A stretch of DNA of 64,000 nt from an uncultured Alphaproteobacteria bacterium (GTDB lineage Bacteria > Pseudomonadota > Alphaproteobacteria > RF32 > CAG-239): positions 3,597 to 67,596 of the forward strand of contig CALXYB010000009.1 of NCBI GenBank assembly GCA_944392835.1, written 5' to 3'. The position numbers were made by a program, and so were the translations under genes. The stretch's first letter is position 1, and each line of letters starts with the position of its first letter. Shown in pieces: positions 38,199-47,946 of the stretch. The notes below the pieces were generated by a model, which saw nothing but the letters and a program-made list of their open reading frames with translations, had not been told where the DNA came from and did not search any database.

Positions 38199-41100
38199 GC
38201 AAAGAAATACTGACACATTCCGAAAGTTATGTAAAAAAAACCAACCGCATTATTCTTGCGGTTGGTATTACTTCTTTTATTATCTTTATTTTCGGAGTTG
38301 TATTACTTGTTAAAAGCAACAAAACGGTTGATGACTATGAAGAGCCGGTGTTTACAGATAATGATGATGCCTTAAACATAAGTAATACCAACCCATTGAC
38401 GGATAATTTGGAGTTTGGAATGGTGGAGGATGGAGAGGTTCCGATAACCATGACACCAGATCCTGTTTCAATGGGGCAAGTCGTTTTGGGAACAGAGGCA
38501 AAAAATGTACTAACTATCGGTACAAATGGTAAAACCGCGATAAAAATTGATAAAGTTGAACTGGCAGAGCCACCGTTTGATGGTTTTACTTATGAAGACT
38601 ATTGTACGGATGAAGAGCTTCGCGGAGACCAAACTTGTAATATCACCATGAACTGGATTCCTATTATACATGGAAATGTCCAGAATAATTTTATTATTTC
38701 TTGGCATGAGGCAAATCTGACTAAGGGGAATGCCAAAGCAGCAAAAGTTCCGGTTGAAGGAACGGCAATCAGAAAAGAAGACTGCAATTTTTGTGAAAAT
38801 GTTTTACCGGGCGGTGCAGCCGGGGCAACAGAGCAAGCCAAGGCCGAAATAGCCGCTAAGCAAGTACGCAATGCTATTGGTCCGAATGGTGAAATTATTG
38901 GTACTATAGATGAAGATGGATATGTCAGAGATGCCAACGGTAACATCATAGGTCGGATGAATTCAGATGGCTTGATAGTTGATGAAGATGGCAATGTTAT
39001 AGGTGTCGGAGACAACCGTAAACTAGTATATGATGAGTTCGGCAATGTTATCGGCTATGTTAATCCTGATGGTACCGTGGTTGACAAAGATGGTAATATC
39101 ATCGGAAGAATGCTGCCAGACGGTACTGTCGTTGATTTGAATGGAAACCCAATCGGTAAAGCAGTAGATGCTGGCTATGTATACGATAAAGACGGCAATA
39201 TTATCGGCAGAGTTTTGCCTGATGGTACCGTTGTGGACATGAATGGCAATGTTATCGGCCGACTGAATGAAAAAGGAGAAGTTGTTGACGCAAATGGCAA
39301 TGTCATCGGCTATGTAACAAAACCTGGTCGCACAGCAATTGATGAAAACGGCAATGTTCTAGGTGTCGTTATGCCAAATGGCGCAGTCGTAGATGCTAAC
39401 GGCAATATCGTCGGCTATGTAGATGAGGCTGGCAATGTCGTAACAGAAGAAATTATTGGTAAAAAAGGTCCTAAAAGACGCTTAGCTTATGATAAAGACG
39501 GCAATGTTATCGGTTATATTGATGAGAATGGCAATGTCGTGGATTTCAATGGTAATGTTATCGGCAAAATGCTTGAAGATGGCACATTGGTTGACTTAAA
39601 TGGCAATGTTATTGGTAAAGCCGGAGAATATGTAGATTTAGCCTTAGATAAGGATGGTAATGTCATCGGCTATATTGGTGCGGATGGAAAAGTTTATGAT
39701 AAAAACGGCAATGTCATCGGCTATGTAGATGAAGATGGAAATATCATTAGCAATGTTAAGAAAAAGATAGGTTCTCTGGTAAGAGTAGAACTTATTCCGA
39801 TAACACCGCAAGGCACGGTTTTGGGTGCGATTAACAATAACGGAACCGTAGAAAATGAGAGTAGACAAGTCATAGGCCGCATCTTAGCTAATGGTTTGGT
39901 CAAAGACCCATCTGGCAATCAGGTTATAGCAAAGTTGGTTCGGGGTGGTTTGGTCGTCGGCTATGGCTGCCGAAATGTTGGTTACTTGGATAAAAACGGC
40001 AAAATTACCAAGGGGAACAAAGAGCTGCCATACAAAATAATGCCGGACGGAATAGTTATTGATGAAAAAGGTTCATATGTCGGTGAAGTTGTCCAACCGG
40101 GCCGGGCTTTTGACAATACATGTACGCAAATAGGTGAGGTTGGCACAGATGGTATTGTTCGGGATTCTGCCAATAACTATGTCGGATGTGTTAACCCAGA
40201 TGGAACAGTATTAAACGAAAGTGGCGAAATCGTGGGCGGTGTTTCACGTTCAGGTATTGCTGTAACTTATGATGGTGAGTATTTGGGCAAAGTTAGTCCC
40301 AACGGCATTGTCCAATCTGCCGCCTTGCTTCCGGTCGGCTGTGTCGGAACTTATGGCGATGTCTTTAATAAAGATGGCGGATATATGGGCAAAGTTTTAG
40401 AAAACCGCTATGCTTATGACTTGTCCGGAAACTTTATTAATGTTGTCGGAGAAAATGGCAAAGTATCTGTTCCCGGTGGCGGGGAAGCCAAGCTGTTTGC
40501 CAATAATTTGGTAGCAAACGATTCTAACCAAATTATCGGTGTGGCCTTAAAAGAAAAAGAAATTGTTGTAGATTCCTCAGGAAAGTTTGTTGGCAGACTA
40601 TTTCCAGATGGCAATGTCTATAATGACAAAGGTGTCTCTTTAGGAAAAATTCATGGTGGCGGAACAAGCTTCTTTAACCGTTTGCTCGGCAAATTATTAC
40701 CTCACGGAGAGGTCGTTGATTTTTATGGCAAAAAGATTGGTAAAGTTAACCACGACGGCCGTGTGCTCAATCGTTTTGGCGAACTCCAAGGCCGGGTAGA
40801 TGCCAAAGGATTGTTTATAGACAATAACAACGAATATCGCGGTGCAGTCTTGCCGCATGGTGCTGCCATTGGTTATGATGGCGCATATCTGGGCTATGCA
40901 ACCTCTGACGGAACAGTCATTAATCTGGATGGAAAGACAGAGGGCATAACAAGCTCAGATGGCAAAGTCTTGAACAAAAACGGAGAAGTTATTGGCGAGG
41001 TCATCCCTGAAGATATTGTAACGGATATTTGGGGAAATTATAAAGGTCGCGTCAATTCTTTAGGTGATGTTTTGGATAACAAAAACGAAAATATTACGGC

Positions 41101-41635
41101 TATTTTACCTGGCGGCTCAACCGACAAAAATCTAAGTCTGCTAAAGCATGGTGCGGTTATAGACTTTGGCGGCAATGTTATTGGTGCAGTTTTGCCAGAC
41201 GGTACGGTTATGGATGTTAATAATGTTGTTTTTGGCCGAGTTTTATCAGACGGAAGCGTCATCAACCAAGCCGGAAGCTTGGTCGGTGAAATTGCCGGAG
41301 GAGATATCGTTATCAGCAATTCGGACAAAGTTGTCGGCTATGTAGATTTAGCTGGCAATGTCATCAGCCGAGACAATACGACTATCGGACGTAGCTTATC
41401 GGGTGGTTTAGCGATAGATTCTAATGACAATATTCTGGGCAGAATTTACAAAATCGGCGCGACAATTTTAGGAAATGATGGTAAATATATAGGCAGATTA
41501 GCCTCAGATGGAAGTGTCATAAGCATTGACGGCAAAGCCATAGGCTATCTCAAAAATAACGGTTCGTTTATTGATTTAGATAAAAAAGTTTCAGGCTATG
41601 CTCTCCAAGAAGTAGCCAAAAACCGGAGGAATTAG
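38195..41635 (+). CDS. Membrane-anchored beta-hairpin repeat protein (DUF3659-like DxxGNVIG repeats) with N-terminal Ig-like domain
   Basis: N-terminal TM; Ig-like segment (C...L.GDQTCNITMNW.P); dozens of DG.V.D..G..IG.V units. Confidence 0.7.
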   Translation: MSKEILTHSESYVKKTNRIILAVGITSFIIFIFGVVLLVKSNKTVDDYEEPVFTDNDDALNISNTNPLTDNLEFGMVEDGEVPITMTPDPVSMGQVVLGTEAKNVLTIGTNGKTAIKIDKVELAEPPFDGFTYEDYCTDEELRGDQTCNITMNWIPIIHGNVQNNFIISWHEANLTKGNAKAAKVPVEGTAIRKEDCNFCENVLPGGAAGATEQAKAEIAAKQVRNAIGPNGEIIGTIDEDGYVRDANGNIIGRMNSDGLIVDEDGNVIGVGDNRKLVYDEFGNVIGYVNPDGTVVDKDGNIIGRMLPDGTVVDLNGNPIGKAVDAGYVYDKDGNIIGRVLPDGTVVDMNGNVIGRLNEKGEVVDANGNVIGYVTKPGRTAIDENGNVLGVVMPNGAVVDANGNIVGYVDEAGNVVTEEIIGKKGPKRRLAYDKDGNVIGYIDENGNVVDFNGNVIGKMLEDGTLVDLNGNVIGKAGEYVDLALDKDGNVIGYIGADGKVYDKNGNVIGYVDEDGNIISNVKKKIGSLVRVELIPITPQGTVLGAINNNGTVENESRQVIGRILANGLVKDPSGNQVIAKLVRGGLVVGYGCRNVGYLDKNGKITKGNKELPYKIMPDGIVIDEKGSYVGEVVQPGRAFDNTCTQIGEVGTDGIVRDSANNYVGCVNPDGTVLNESGEIVGGVSRSGIAVTYDGEYLGKVSPNGIVQSAALLPVGCVGTYGDVFNKDGGYMGKVLENRYAYDLSGNFINVVGENGKVSVPGGGEAKLFANNLVANDSNQIIGVALKEKEIVVDSSGKFVGRLFPDGNVYNDKGVSLGKIHGGGTSFFNRLLGKLLPHGEVVDFYGKKIGKVNHDGRVLNRFGELQGRVDAKGLFIDNNNEYRGAVLPHGAAIGYDGAYLGYATSDGTVINLDGKTEGITSSDGKVLNKNGEVIGEVIPEDIVTDIWGNYKGRVNSLGDVLDNKNENITAILPGGSTDKNLSLLKHGAVIDFGGNVIGAVLPDGTVMDVNNVVFGRVLSDGSVINQAGSLVGEIAGGDIVISNSDKVVGYVDLAGNVISRDNTTIGRSLSGGLAIDSNDNILGRIYKIGATILGNDGKYIGRLASDGSVISIDGKAIGYLKNNGSFIDLDKKVSGYALQEVAKNRRN

Positions 41636-41636
41636 G

Positions 41637-44600
41637 GTGATTTTGAACAAAAGCTTGTCTAAATTTTTTCATAAAATTCAGTCTATTGCGCAAGCAACAG
41701 TCATCTTCTCCGTATTCGTTTTTGCCAATCCGGCTCAAGCAATTGAGATTACGGCCATAGACTTTAATGGTGATTTGATAGGTAAAGTCATTCCGGATGG
41801 TAAGGTTGTAAGCTTGGATAATCAGCTGATTGGTAACGTAACCGCAGACAGCTTGATTCTAAACTTTGATGGTGAACTTATCGGCGGTGTTATTCCTCAA
41901 GGTATTGCAATCGGAAATGATAACAAGCCATTGGGTAAGGTTTCAAATGATGGTTCTGTACGCCTACCTTCGGGAAAAATTGTCGGTAAAGTTTTGCCGA
42001 ACGGTTTGGTCGTTGATGATTATTTTAATATTTTGGGTGCGGTTTTGTTCCCGGGTCTGGTATATTCCGATGAAGGTAAAACAGTAGGACGTTTAACCGG
42101 TGATGGTTTATATACCAATCTTCAGGGGCAACAAATTGGTTTTGTTTCTCCTGATGGTTATGCTTATCGTAAGGTCGGGACGGATTATTTGTTGGATGGT
42201 AGGCTAATTTCTTCTAAAATGGTCATTTCTCTTGAGGGAAATTTTATCGGTAGTGTTGCTCCCGGCGGAAATGTAACGGACTTTGAAGCCAAAACAATAG
42301 GTTTTGTAAAAGCAAACGGTTATGTCTACGACGAAAACAATCGTATTATCGGACAAATTGTCCGCTCAGGTTTTGCTTTAGATAACAACGGAGAATATTT
42401 AGGCTTCGTAACTTATAACGGAGAAGTCGTCAATAAAGGAGATGTCATCGGCAAAATACGCTCCGACGGAAATATTACCAACGCTAAAGGTGAGGTTATA
42501 GGCTTCTCTGTTGATTTAGCAGCCACAGCAACGGATATGGAAGGCCGCTATTTAGGCCGTATTATGCCTAAAGGTATTTTAGCGAAAGCAAGAGAACAGG
42601 TTGGCAAGGTTGGTCCGCGCGGTATCATTACGGACAAAGACGGTAAAGTTATTGGTCGTTTAACCCAAACAGGTCCGGTATTCAACTTCCGCGGAGCTTT
42701 AAAAGCACATGCATTAAAAAGTGGTAGCGTAATCTCTCTTGAGGGCACACCGATAGGTAATATCAGAGGCAATTTTGCTTATGATAATAACGGCCGAATT
42801 TTTGGCGCAACTTTGGTTGATGAACTGGCCATAAGCTCAAGTGGAGCGCAACTTGGGATGAGCGGTATTGGAGCTTCGGTTATGGATGGAAGCGAGCGCA
42901 AATTCGTTTCACCCTTTGGCTTTTTGTTTTCTTCCGAAGGTGGACTGAGCGGTGCAACAGCTTCTTTAGCCCCGATATATAATCTGACCGGCGCAATTAT
43001 TGCTTATATGATGCCTGATGGTACGATGTATAATAAAGGTGTTGTCGCTTTAGGTAAATTAACCGAAGCAGGATTAAATGTTGATGAACGCAACCGCATC
43101 TTAGGCAAAAGCACTAATGCCGAATATGCATATGATTCAAAAGGCTCATCTATTGGTGTATTGTCTGAGAATAATATGGTGTTAGACAAAGACATGAAGC
43201 CTATGGCAAAAATTTTGCCGGATTCTTCTGTCGTTAAATCTAAAGAAAATACATCACTTGACTTCAATCCGCTTTTAGGAACGGCCTCTGCTCATAATCT
43301 TGTTCTAAATATAACGGGAAATTTGTTGGGCTATATTGGTTCTGATGCCGCAGTAAGGGATATGGATGGTCGTATTGCCGGAAAATTAGCTGATGGAGGC
43401 ATTATATTAGATAATGCAGGTCTCCCTGTTGGGCAAGCAATGGGGTATCACGCTATTGTTGACAACGAATGTGCTGTTCTTGGTGTTCTGACCCCACAAG
43501 GCGATATTCGGAATTATCGTGAAACTTTTGTCGGAAGAGTCTTATGGAATGGTCAGGCTATTTCAGAAACAGGAGCTGTCATTGGCTATCAAATAATTCC
43601 GGGTAGCATCATAGATTTTAACGGCAATATGCAAGGAACAATTACGACCTCGGGTCAAGTAACAACCTATGCCGGAGAGCTATTGGGTTGTATAGATAAA
43701 CGAGGCAAACTTCGTAATGCTGACGGGGAGATTATTGCCGCACGTTCAGAATTTTATCCGGTTATGAATGTCAATGGTGTTATAATTGGACGCACGGTTT
43801 TGGATGGCAGTGTTGTCAATGAGAACAACGAATTTATCGGTTATATGCAACCCAATGATAACATTAACTCCAAAACCGGCGTGCCTATTGGCCAGCTCTT
43901 TAAATATCGTTTTGCTTTTGATAATGATAATAATTATTTAGGACATGTCGCAAGAGATGCCAAAGTCTTAAATGAAAAAGGAGAAGAGGTCGGTAAAGTA
44001 GATTTCGGTGGTGGCGTATTAAGGGATAATAAGCTTGTTGGTTATGCCCTCTATGATATGTATATGTATGATAATGATAATACTGCAATAGGCCAAATCA
44101 CTAGAGATGGTAATGTCTTGTCCTTAACCGGTCGTAAAATTGGTCGTATGGATAAAGGCTTCTTGATTAGTAATGATAACAAAATAGCCGGAAGAGGAAA
44201 TAGAGATTTTTATATACGCAATCAAAACAATTTGGTCTTGGGAGAATTGGAGCTCAAGGGAAGTGTCGTTGATGCTGCAGGACATGTTATCGGAACATTA
44301 AAAGAAAATGGCCGTATTATGGATGAAAACGGCAATCTGTTAGCCATAGCCAAACCTTTACAATATTATAGCTTGTTAAAGGAGTTGACGGAAGCCGAGG
44401 CTGCACGTTTGGCCGCAGAAAAAGCCAAGGCAGAAAGGTTAGCCGCAGAACAAGCCGCTGCGGCCGGAAAATATTTTATAGGAGAAGACGGCTACATCAG
44501 AGATGCCAATGGTAATATTATTGGCCGAATTTTACCGGATGGTACGGTTGTTGATATGAATGGTAATGTTATTGGTCATATCAATGAAAATGGTGAGTTT

Positions 44601-46163
44601 GTGGCGCTGGATGGAAAGGTTTTAGGAACAGTAAATGGTGGTGGCGCAGATTGGTATAGCAAGCCAATTCCGATAGGCTCAGTTCCTGAAGTCGGGGCAA
44701 TCGGCGAAGAAGAAATGAAGAAATATCGCAAATCATTAGGAATTGCTCTAACGCCGGATGGAGAATATTTAGGCGATATTATGGAAGACGGTTCGGTCGT
44801 AGATAAAAAAGGCAATGTAGTCGGTAAGAAAATGCCTGACGGCCTGATTATTGACGATGAAGGAACTCTAATAGGAATTGAAGAAATTCAGAAACCAGAT
44901 ACTTCGGGAATGTTTGTTCCGGCAGGCACATTCGGTCCGGGAGGAGCCTACGGCACTGGTATAGGCGCAGGTGGAAATCTTGGCCCTGGAGGCGGATTCG
45001 GTCCCGGAGAAAGATATGATCCACAGCGTGCCGCCGCTTTGGCAGCAGCGCAAAACCAACGCCGTCAAGCAATGTCTGTCGGTAAAATAAGTTCAGGCAT
45101 CCGTCCGGAGTCATTTGATGGTTACCAAAAAAACTGGGACGAGCAAGGCATAGCTAAAGCCGTATCATCGTGGCGTGTTAATATGAGCGAGATGATTTTT
45201 GCAGATAAGCCGATTCCTGCGGTCATTGCCCGTTCTATTGATAGTAACAATCCTACACCGGTTACTGCATTTGTTGAACGTAATGTTTATGCCGAAGAAG
45301 GAAGAAATATTGTTATTCCTGCAGGGAGCCGTTTAATGGGAACTTTAGGCGGCCTAACAGCAGGTACAGAAACAACATCAAATTCTGCAAAAGTTCAAAT
45401 TACCTGGGAACGCTTAATTCGTCCGGATGGAGCTTTGTTTGTGTTCCAAGGTATTACGGGCGATGCGCAAGGCCGTGGCGGTGCTTTGGGCTATCTGGAT
45501 CAGCAGTTGTTTAAGAAATATACTTTGCCGATTATGACAACAGCTTTAACAAGCTATACATCATATATTATGGCTCCGAAAGATGATGACACAAGCTCAG
45601 AAAATGAATCTCCGCGTCAGCAAGCAGCCAACGATGCCCGCCAAAACTTTTTACAGGATATGAATCGAATTTTTGAGCAAATCTTGTCAGACAAGTCAAA
45701 CATCAAACCTTTGACATACGTTCCTGCCGGCACGCGCATCATCGTTTATCCGAATGTTGATTTATGGCTAAGAACACCGGAAAGAGATGAAGCCGAAGTC
45801 GCAAAAAATATGTCAAAGCGTGATGTATTCATTGATGATAACAAGGTAGAACAAGATCGTACAAATACTAAAAACAGAAGAGCTATGGGTATGACAGATG
45901 CAGACAGAGCTGCAACAGCGGCCTCTGTTGTCTACGAAGCAGAAGGGACGGATGCAGAGGCTGTTTCTGCGCCGCGTCTGATGGATGATACGAAGACTAA
46001 AAAAACGACAAATACACCAACATCTCCGACCCTAATGCCAACGACACCGAGTGGCGGAGCGACACCTCCACCGCCGCCGTCATTCAGCAGCGGAGCCGGC
46101 GCAACTTCATCATCAGCAGCATCGGGTGGCAAAACAGACAATAGTGTCCCTCAGTTATTCTAA
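41637..46163 (+). CDS. virB10: Giant VirB10/TrbI with ~1100-aa beta-repeat N-terminal extension
   Basis: C-terminal IPAVIARSIDS...VERNVY...IPAGSRLMG...ITWERLIRPDG...DAQGRGG..G...VPAGTRIIV; N-terminal DxxG.xIG repeats. Confidence 0.88.
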   Translation: MILNKSLSKFFHKIQSIAQATVIFSVFVFANPAQAIEITAIDFNGDLIGKVIPDGKVVSLDNQLIGNVTADSLILNFDGELIGGVIPQGIAIGNDNKPLGKVSNDGSVRLPSGKIVGKVLPNGLVVDDYFNILGAVLFPGLVYSDEGKTVGRLTGDGLYTNLQGQQIGFVSPDGYAYRKVGTDYLLDGRLISSKMVISLEGNFIGSVAPGGNVTDFEAKTIGFVKANGYVYDENNRIIGQIVRSGFALDNNGEYLGFVTYNGEVVNKGDVIGKIRSDGNITNAKGEVIGFSVDLAATATDMEGRYLGRIMPKGILAKAREQVGKVGPRGIITDKDGKVIGRLTQTGPVFNFRGALKAHALKSGSVISLEGTPIGNIRGNFAYDNNGRIFGATLVDELAISSSGAQLGMSGIGASVMDGSERKFVSPFGFLFSSEGGLSGATASLAPIYNLTGAIIAYMMPDGTMYNKGVVALGKLTEAGLNVDERNRILGKSTNAEYAYDSKGSSIGVLSENNMVLDKDMKPMAKILPDSSVVKSKENTSLDFNPLLGTASAHNLVLNITGNLLGYIGSDAAVRDMDGRIAGKLADGGIILDNAGLPVGQAMGYHAIVDNECAVLGVLTPQGDIRNYRETFVGRVLWNGQAISETGAVIGYQIIPGSIIDFNGNMQGTITTSGQVTTYAGELLGCIDKRGKLRNADGEIIAARSEFYPVMNVNGVIIGRTVLDGSVVNENNEFIGYMQPNDNINSKTGVPIGQLFKYRFAFDNDNNYLGHVARDAKVLNEKGEEVGKVDFGGGVLRDNKLVGYALYDMYMYDNDNTAIGQITRDGNVLSLTGRKIGRMDKGFLISNDNKIAGRGNRDFYIRNQNNLVLGELELKGSVVDAAGHVIGTLKENGRIMDENGNLLAIAKPLQYYSLLKELTEAEAARLAAEKAKAERLAAEQAAAAGKYFIGEDGYIRDANGNIIGRILPDGTVVDMNGNVIGHINENGEFVALDGKVLGTVNGGGADWYSKPIPIGSVPEVGAIGEEEMKKYRKSLGIALTPDGEYLGDIMEDGSVVDKKGNVVGKKMPDGLIIDDEGTLIGIEEIQKPDTSGMFVPAGTFGPGGAYGTGIGAGGNLGPGGGFGPGERYDPQRAAALAAAQNQRRQAMSVGKISSGIRPESFDGYQKNWDEQGIAKAVSSWRVNMSEMIFADKPIPAVIARSIDSNNPTPVTAFVERNVYAEEGRNIVIPAGSRLMGTLGGLTAGTETTSNSAKVQITWERLIRPDGALFVFQGITGDAQGRGGALGYLDQQLFKKYTLPIMTTALTSYTSYIMAPKDDDTSSENESPRQQAANDARQNFLQDMNRIFEQILSDKSNIKPLTYVPAGTRIIVYPNVDLWLRTPERDEAEVAKNMSKRDVFIDDNKVEQDRTNTKNRRAMGMTDADRAATAASVVYEAEGTDAEAVSAPRLMDDTKTKKTTNTPTSPTLMPTTPSGGATPPPPPSFSSGAGATSSSAASGGKTDNSVPQLF

Positions 46164-46175
46164 TAGGAGGAAAAG

Positions 46176-47144
46176 ATGAGCTTTAAGGTTTTAGAATCAG
46201 TTTTACGTCCTTTATCCTATTGGTATAACCAAGAAAACATAGAGGAAGTTGCAGTTAATCGTTCTGGCCAAATATGGCTACGTTTGCGCGGAAAAAGGGC
46301 ATATCCCTGGGTCATGTATAAAGACGAAAAATTAAGCAAAGAATACTTGGTTGATTTGCTTTATATTGTAGCCAATACATATGAGCTTCCCTTTGATCCG
46401 GTTGAAGGCTCGCCCGTGGTTTATGCCACTATCCCCGGGGAACACCGTTTTTCAGCCATTGCCGGACGTAACGTTATGTATGACCAAGATGACTTAACCG
46501 GCGGCGTTGCTTTGACGATTCGTGTGCATAGTGATGATGTTGCTTTTGGCTTGTCAGATTATGGGTTGGCTCAAGGTAAAGGACTGCATAAAATAAACCC
46601 TTTAAAAGACATCAAAGACCCGGAAGACCCTTATGAAAGATTATTGCTGAGCATTAAAAGGGGAGATCACATTTTGGTTTCTGGTGCAACCTCAACCGGT
46701 AAAACCACATTTTTAAATAACCTTTTGAAAATTTTGGATATACATAAGCGTATTGTAACCATTGAAGATACGCGAGAGCTTTTGGTTCCACACCCCAATC
46801 GCGTACATTTGGTTTTGTCTCGTACGGAACAAACTAACGAAATGGACTATGCTAAAATCATTGACTTGGTTGTGCGTTTTACCCCGGATGCTATCATCGG
46901 CGGAGAGATTTCAACCAGCAATGCAGGAGCAATTTGGGAACTAATGGGGTCAGGACACGATAACTGCTTAGCAACCATTCACGCTGAGAGTTCTGAAGCG
47001 GCATATAAAGCTTTTACCGATCGTATTTTGCATACCTATCCGACGATTGATAGAAATAAAACCATTGAGGAAATGCATCACAAATTGCGCGTTGTGCAAA
47101 TTAACCGCGATGGCAACCTTCGTGCCATTACTGAAGTTACTTAA
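46176..47144 (+). CDS. virB11: VirB11 ATPase
   Basis: IEEVAVNR, SGATSTGKTT, RIVTIEDTREL, RFTPDAIIGGE, SGH...TIHA. Confidence 0.9.
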   Translation: MSFKVLESVLRPLSYWYNQENIEEVAVNRSGQIWLRLRGKRAYPWVMYKDEKLSKEYLVDLLYIVANTYELPFDPVEGSPVVYATIPGEHRFSAIAGRNVMYDQDDLTGGVALTIRVHSDDVAFGLSDYGLAQGKGLHKINPLKDIKDPEDPYERLLLSIKRGDHILVSGATSTGKTTFLNNLLKILDIHKRIVTIEDTRELLVPHPNRVHLVLSRTEQTNEMDYAKIIDLVVRFTPDAIIGGEISTSNAGAIWELMGSGHDNCLATIHAESSEAAYKAFTDRILHTYPTIDRNKTIEEMHHKLRVVQINRDGNLRAITEVT

Positions 47145-47172
47145 AAAAAAGCCCCTGAAGGGGCTTTTTTTT
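47143..47172. terminator. Bidirectional terminator between convergent operons
   Basis: AAAAAAAAGCCCC-tgaa-GGGGCTTTTTTTT. Confidence 0.88.
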
Positions 47173-47177
47173 GGGGC

Positions 47178-47933
47178 TTATTGCAGAGGTGGAATATTGA
47201 GTTGAGCAATTCCACCCGGACGAATTTTGACGTTAGAATAACGCATGTTTCCGGTCTCAATAACAAATCTTTGTCTGCCTGTCAGTTGCGATGCCAAATC
47301 ATAAAAATCACGAACGGTCAGCTCTTGTCTTTGCGGATTCATAATATAGAGAACACAGCCTTGTGTCCTTTCAGCAACGCCACAGCGAGCACGACCTCTT
47401 GGAACTTCTGGGTTGATAACAACACCTTGCAAACCATCTCTAACAACTGTTTCCTGAGCAAAAAACAAACGAGCTAAACCAAAGCCGATTATAAAAGCAA
47501 ACAAAGAACCGAGCAGAAGAGCTTTTTTGGTAAACATATTATCAACCATAAATTGCTCAGCCAAAGGCACCTTCGGCGGTGTAATATCGCTTTCCTCTAT
47601 AAATTGTGGCTGAAAATCATTGGTAACTTCCTGCGCATTATTTATTGCCGGCAAGTTTTCACCCCCATCCAAAATTGCATCTAAATCAAAATCATCTTGA
47701 GCCTTGGGCTGTGGTTGTGCTTGTGCTTGTGGCTGAGTTGGATGTTGCATCTGAGCCTGATTAAAAACAGGCTCTGCCTTAGGAGGAACAGCCGAAGGGT
47801 TAGGTGTTCCGCTAGCAGGGTTAATAATGCGCTTAATCGGACGTTTAACTTTTTTTAGTCTAGGCCGATTCGGATCCTGCATAACGGCTCCGGCAGGTCT
47901 GTTTATATTATTGTTATTAAAATCTTCTGCCAT
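47178..47933 (-). CDS. Hypothetical single-pass membrane protein
   Basis: Pro/Gln-rich N-terminus, one TM, compact C-domain with two Cys. Confidence 0.65.
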   Translation of the reverse strand: MAEDFNNNNINRPAGAVMQDPNRPRLKKVKRPIKRIINPASGTPNPSAVPPKAEPVFNQAQMQHPTQPQAQAQPQPKAQDDFDLDAILDGGENLPAINNAQEVTNDFQPQFIEESDITPPKVPLAEQFMVDNMFTKKALLLGSLFAFIIGFGLARLFFAQETVVRDGLQGVVINPEVPRGRARCGVAERTQGCVLYIMNPQRQELTVRDFYDLASQLTGRQRFVIETGNMRYSNVKIRPGGIAQLNIPPLQ

Positions 47934-47946
47934 TTTCCCAATTCCT

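Noticed and set aside
41620..41645. Frameshift or readthrough fusing the 1146-aa repeat protein to VirB10
   Set aside because: The downstream gene has its own GGAGGA RBS, GTG start and signal-like N-terminus; no slippery site is evident.
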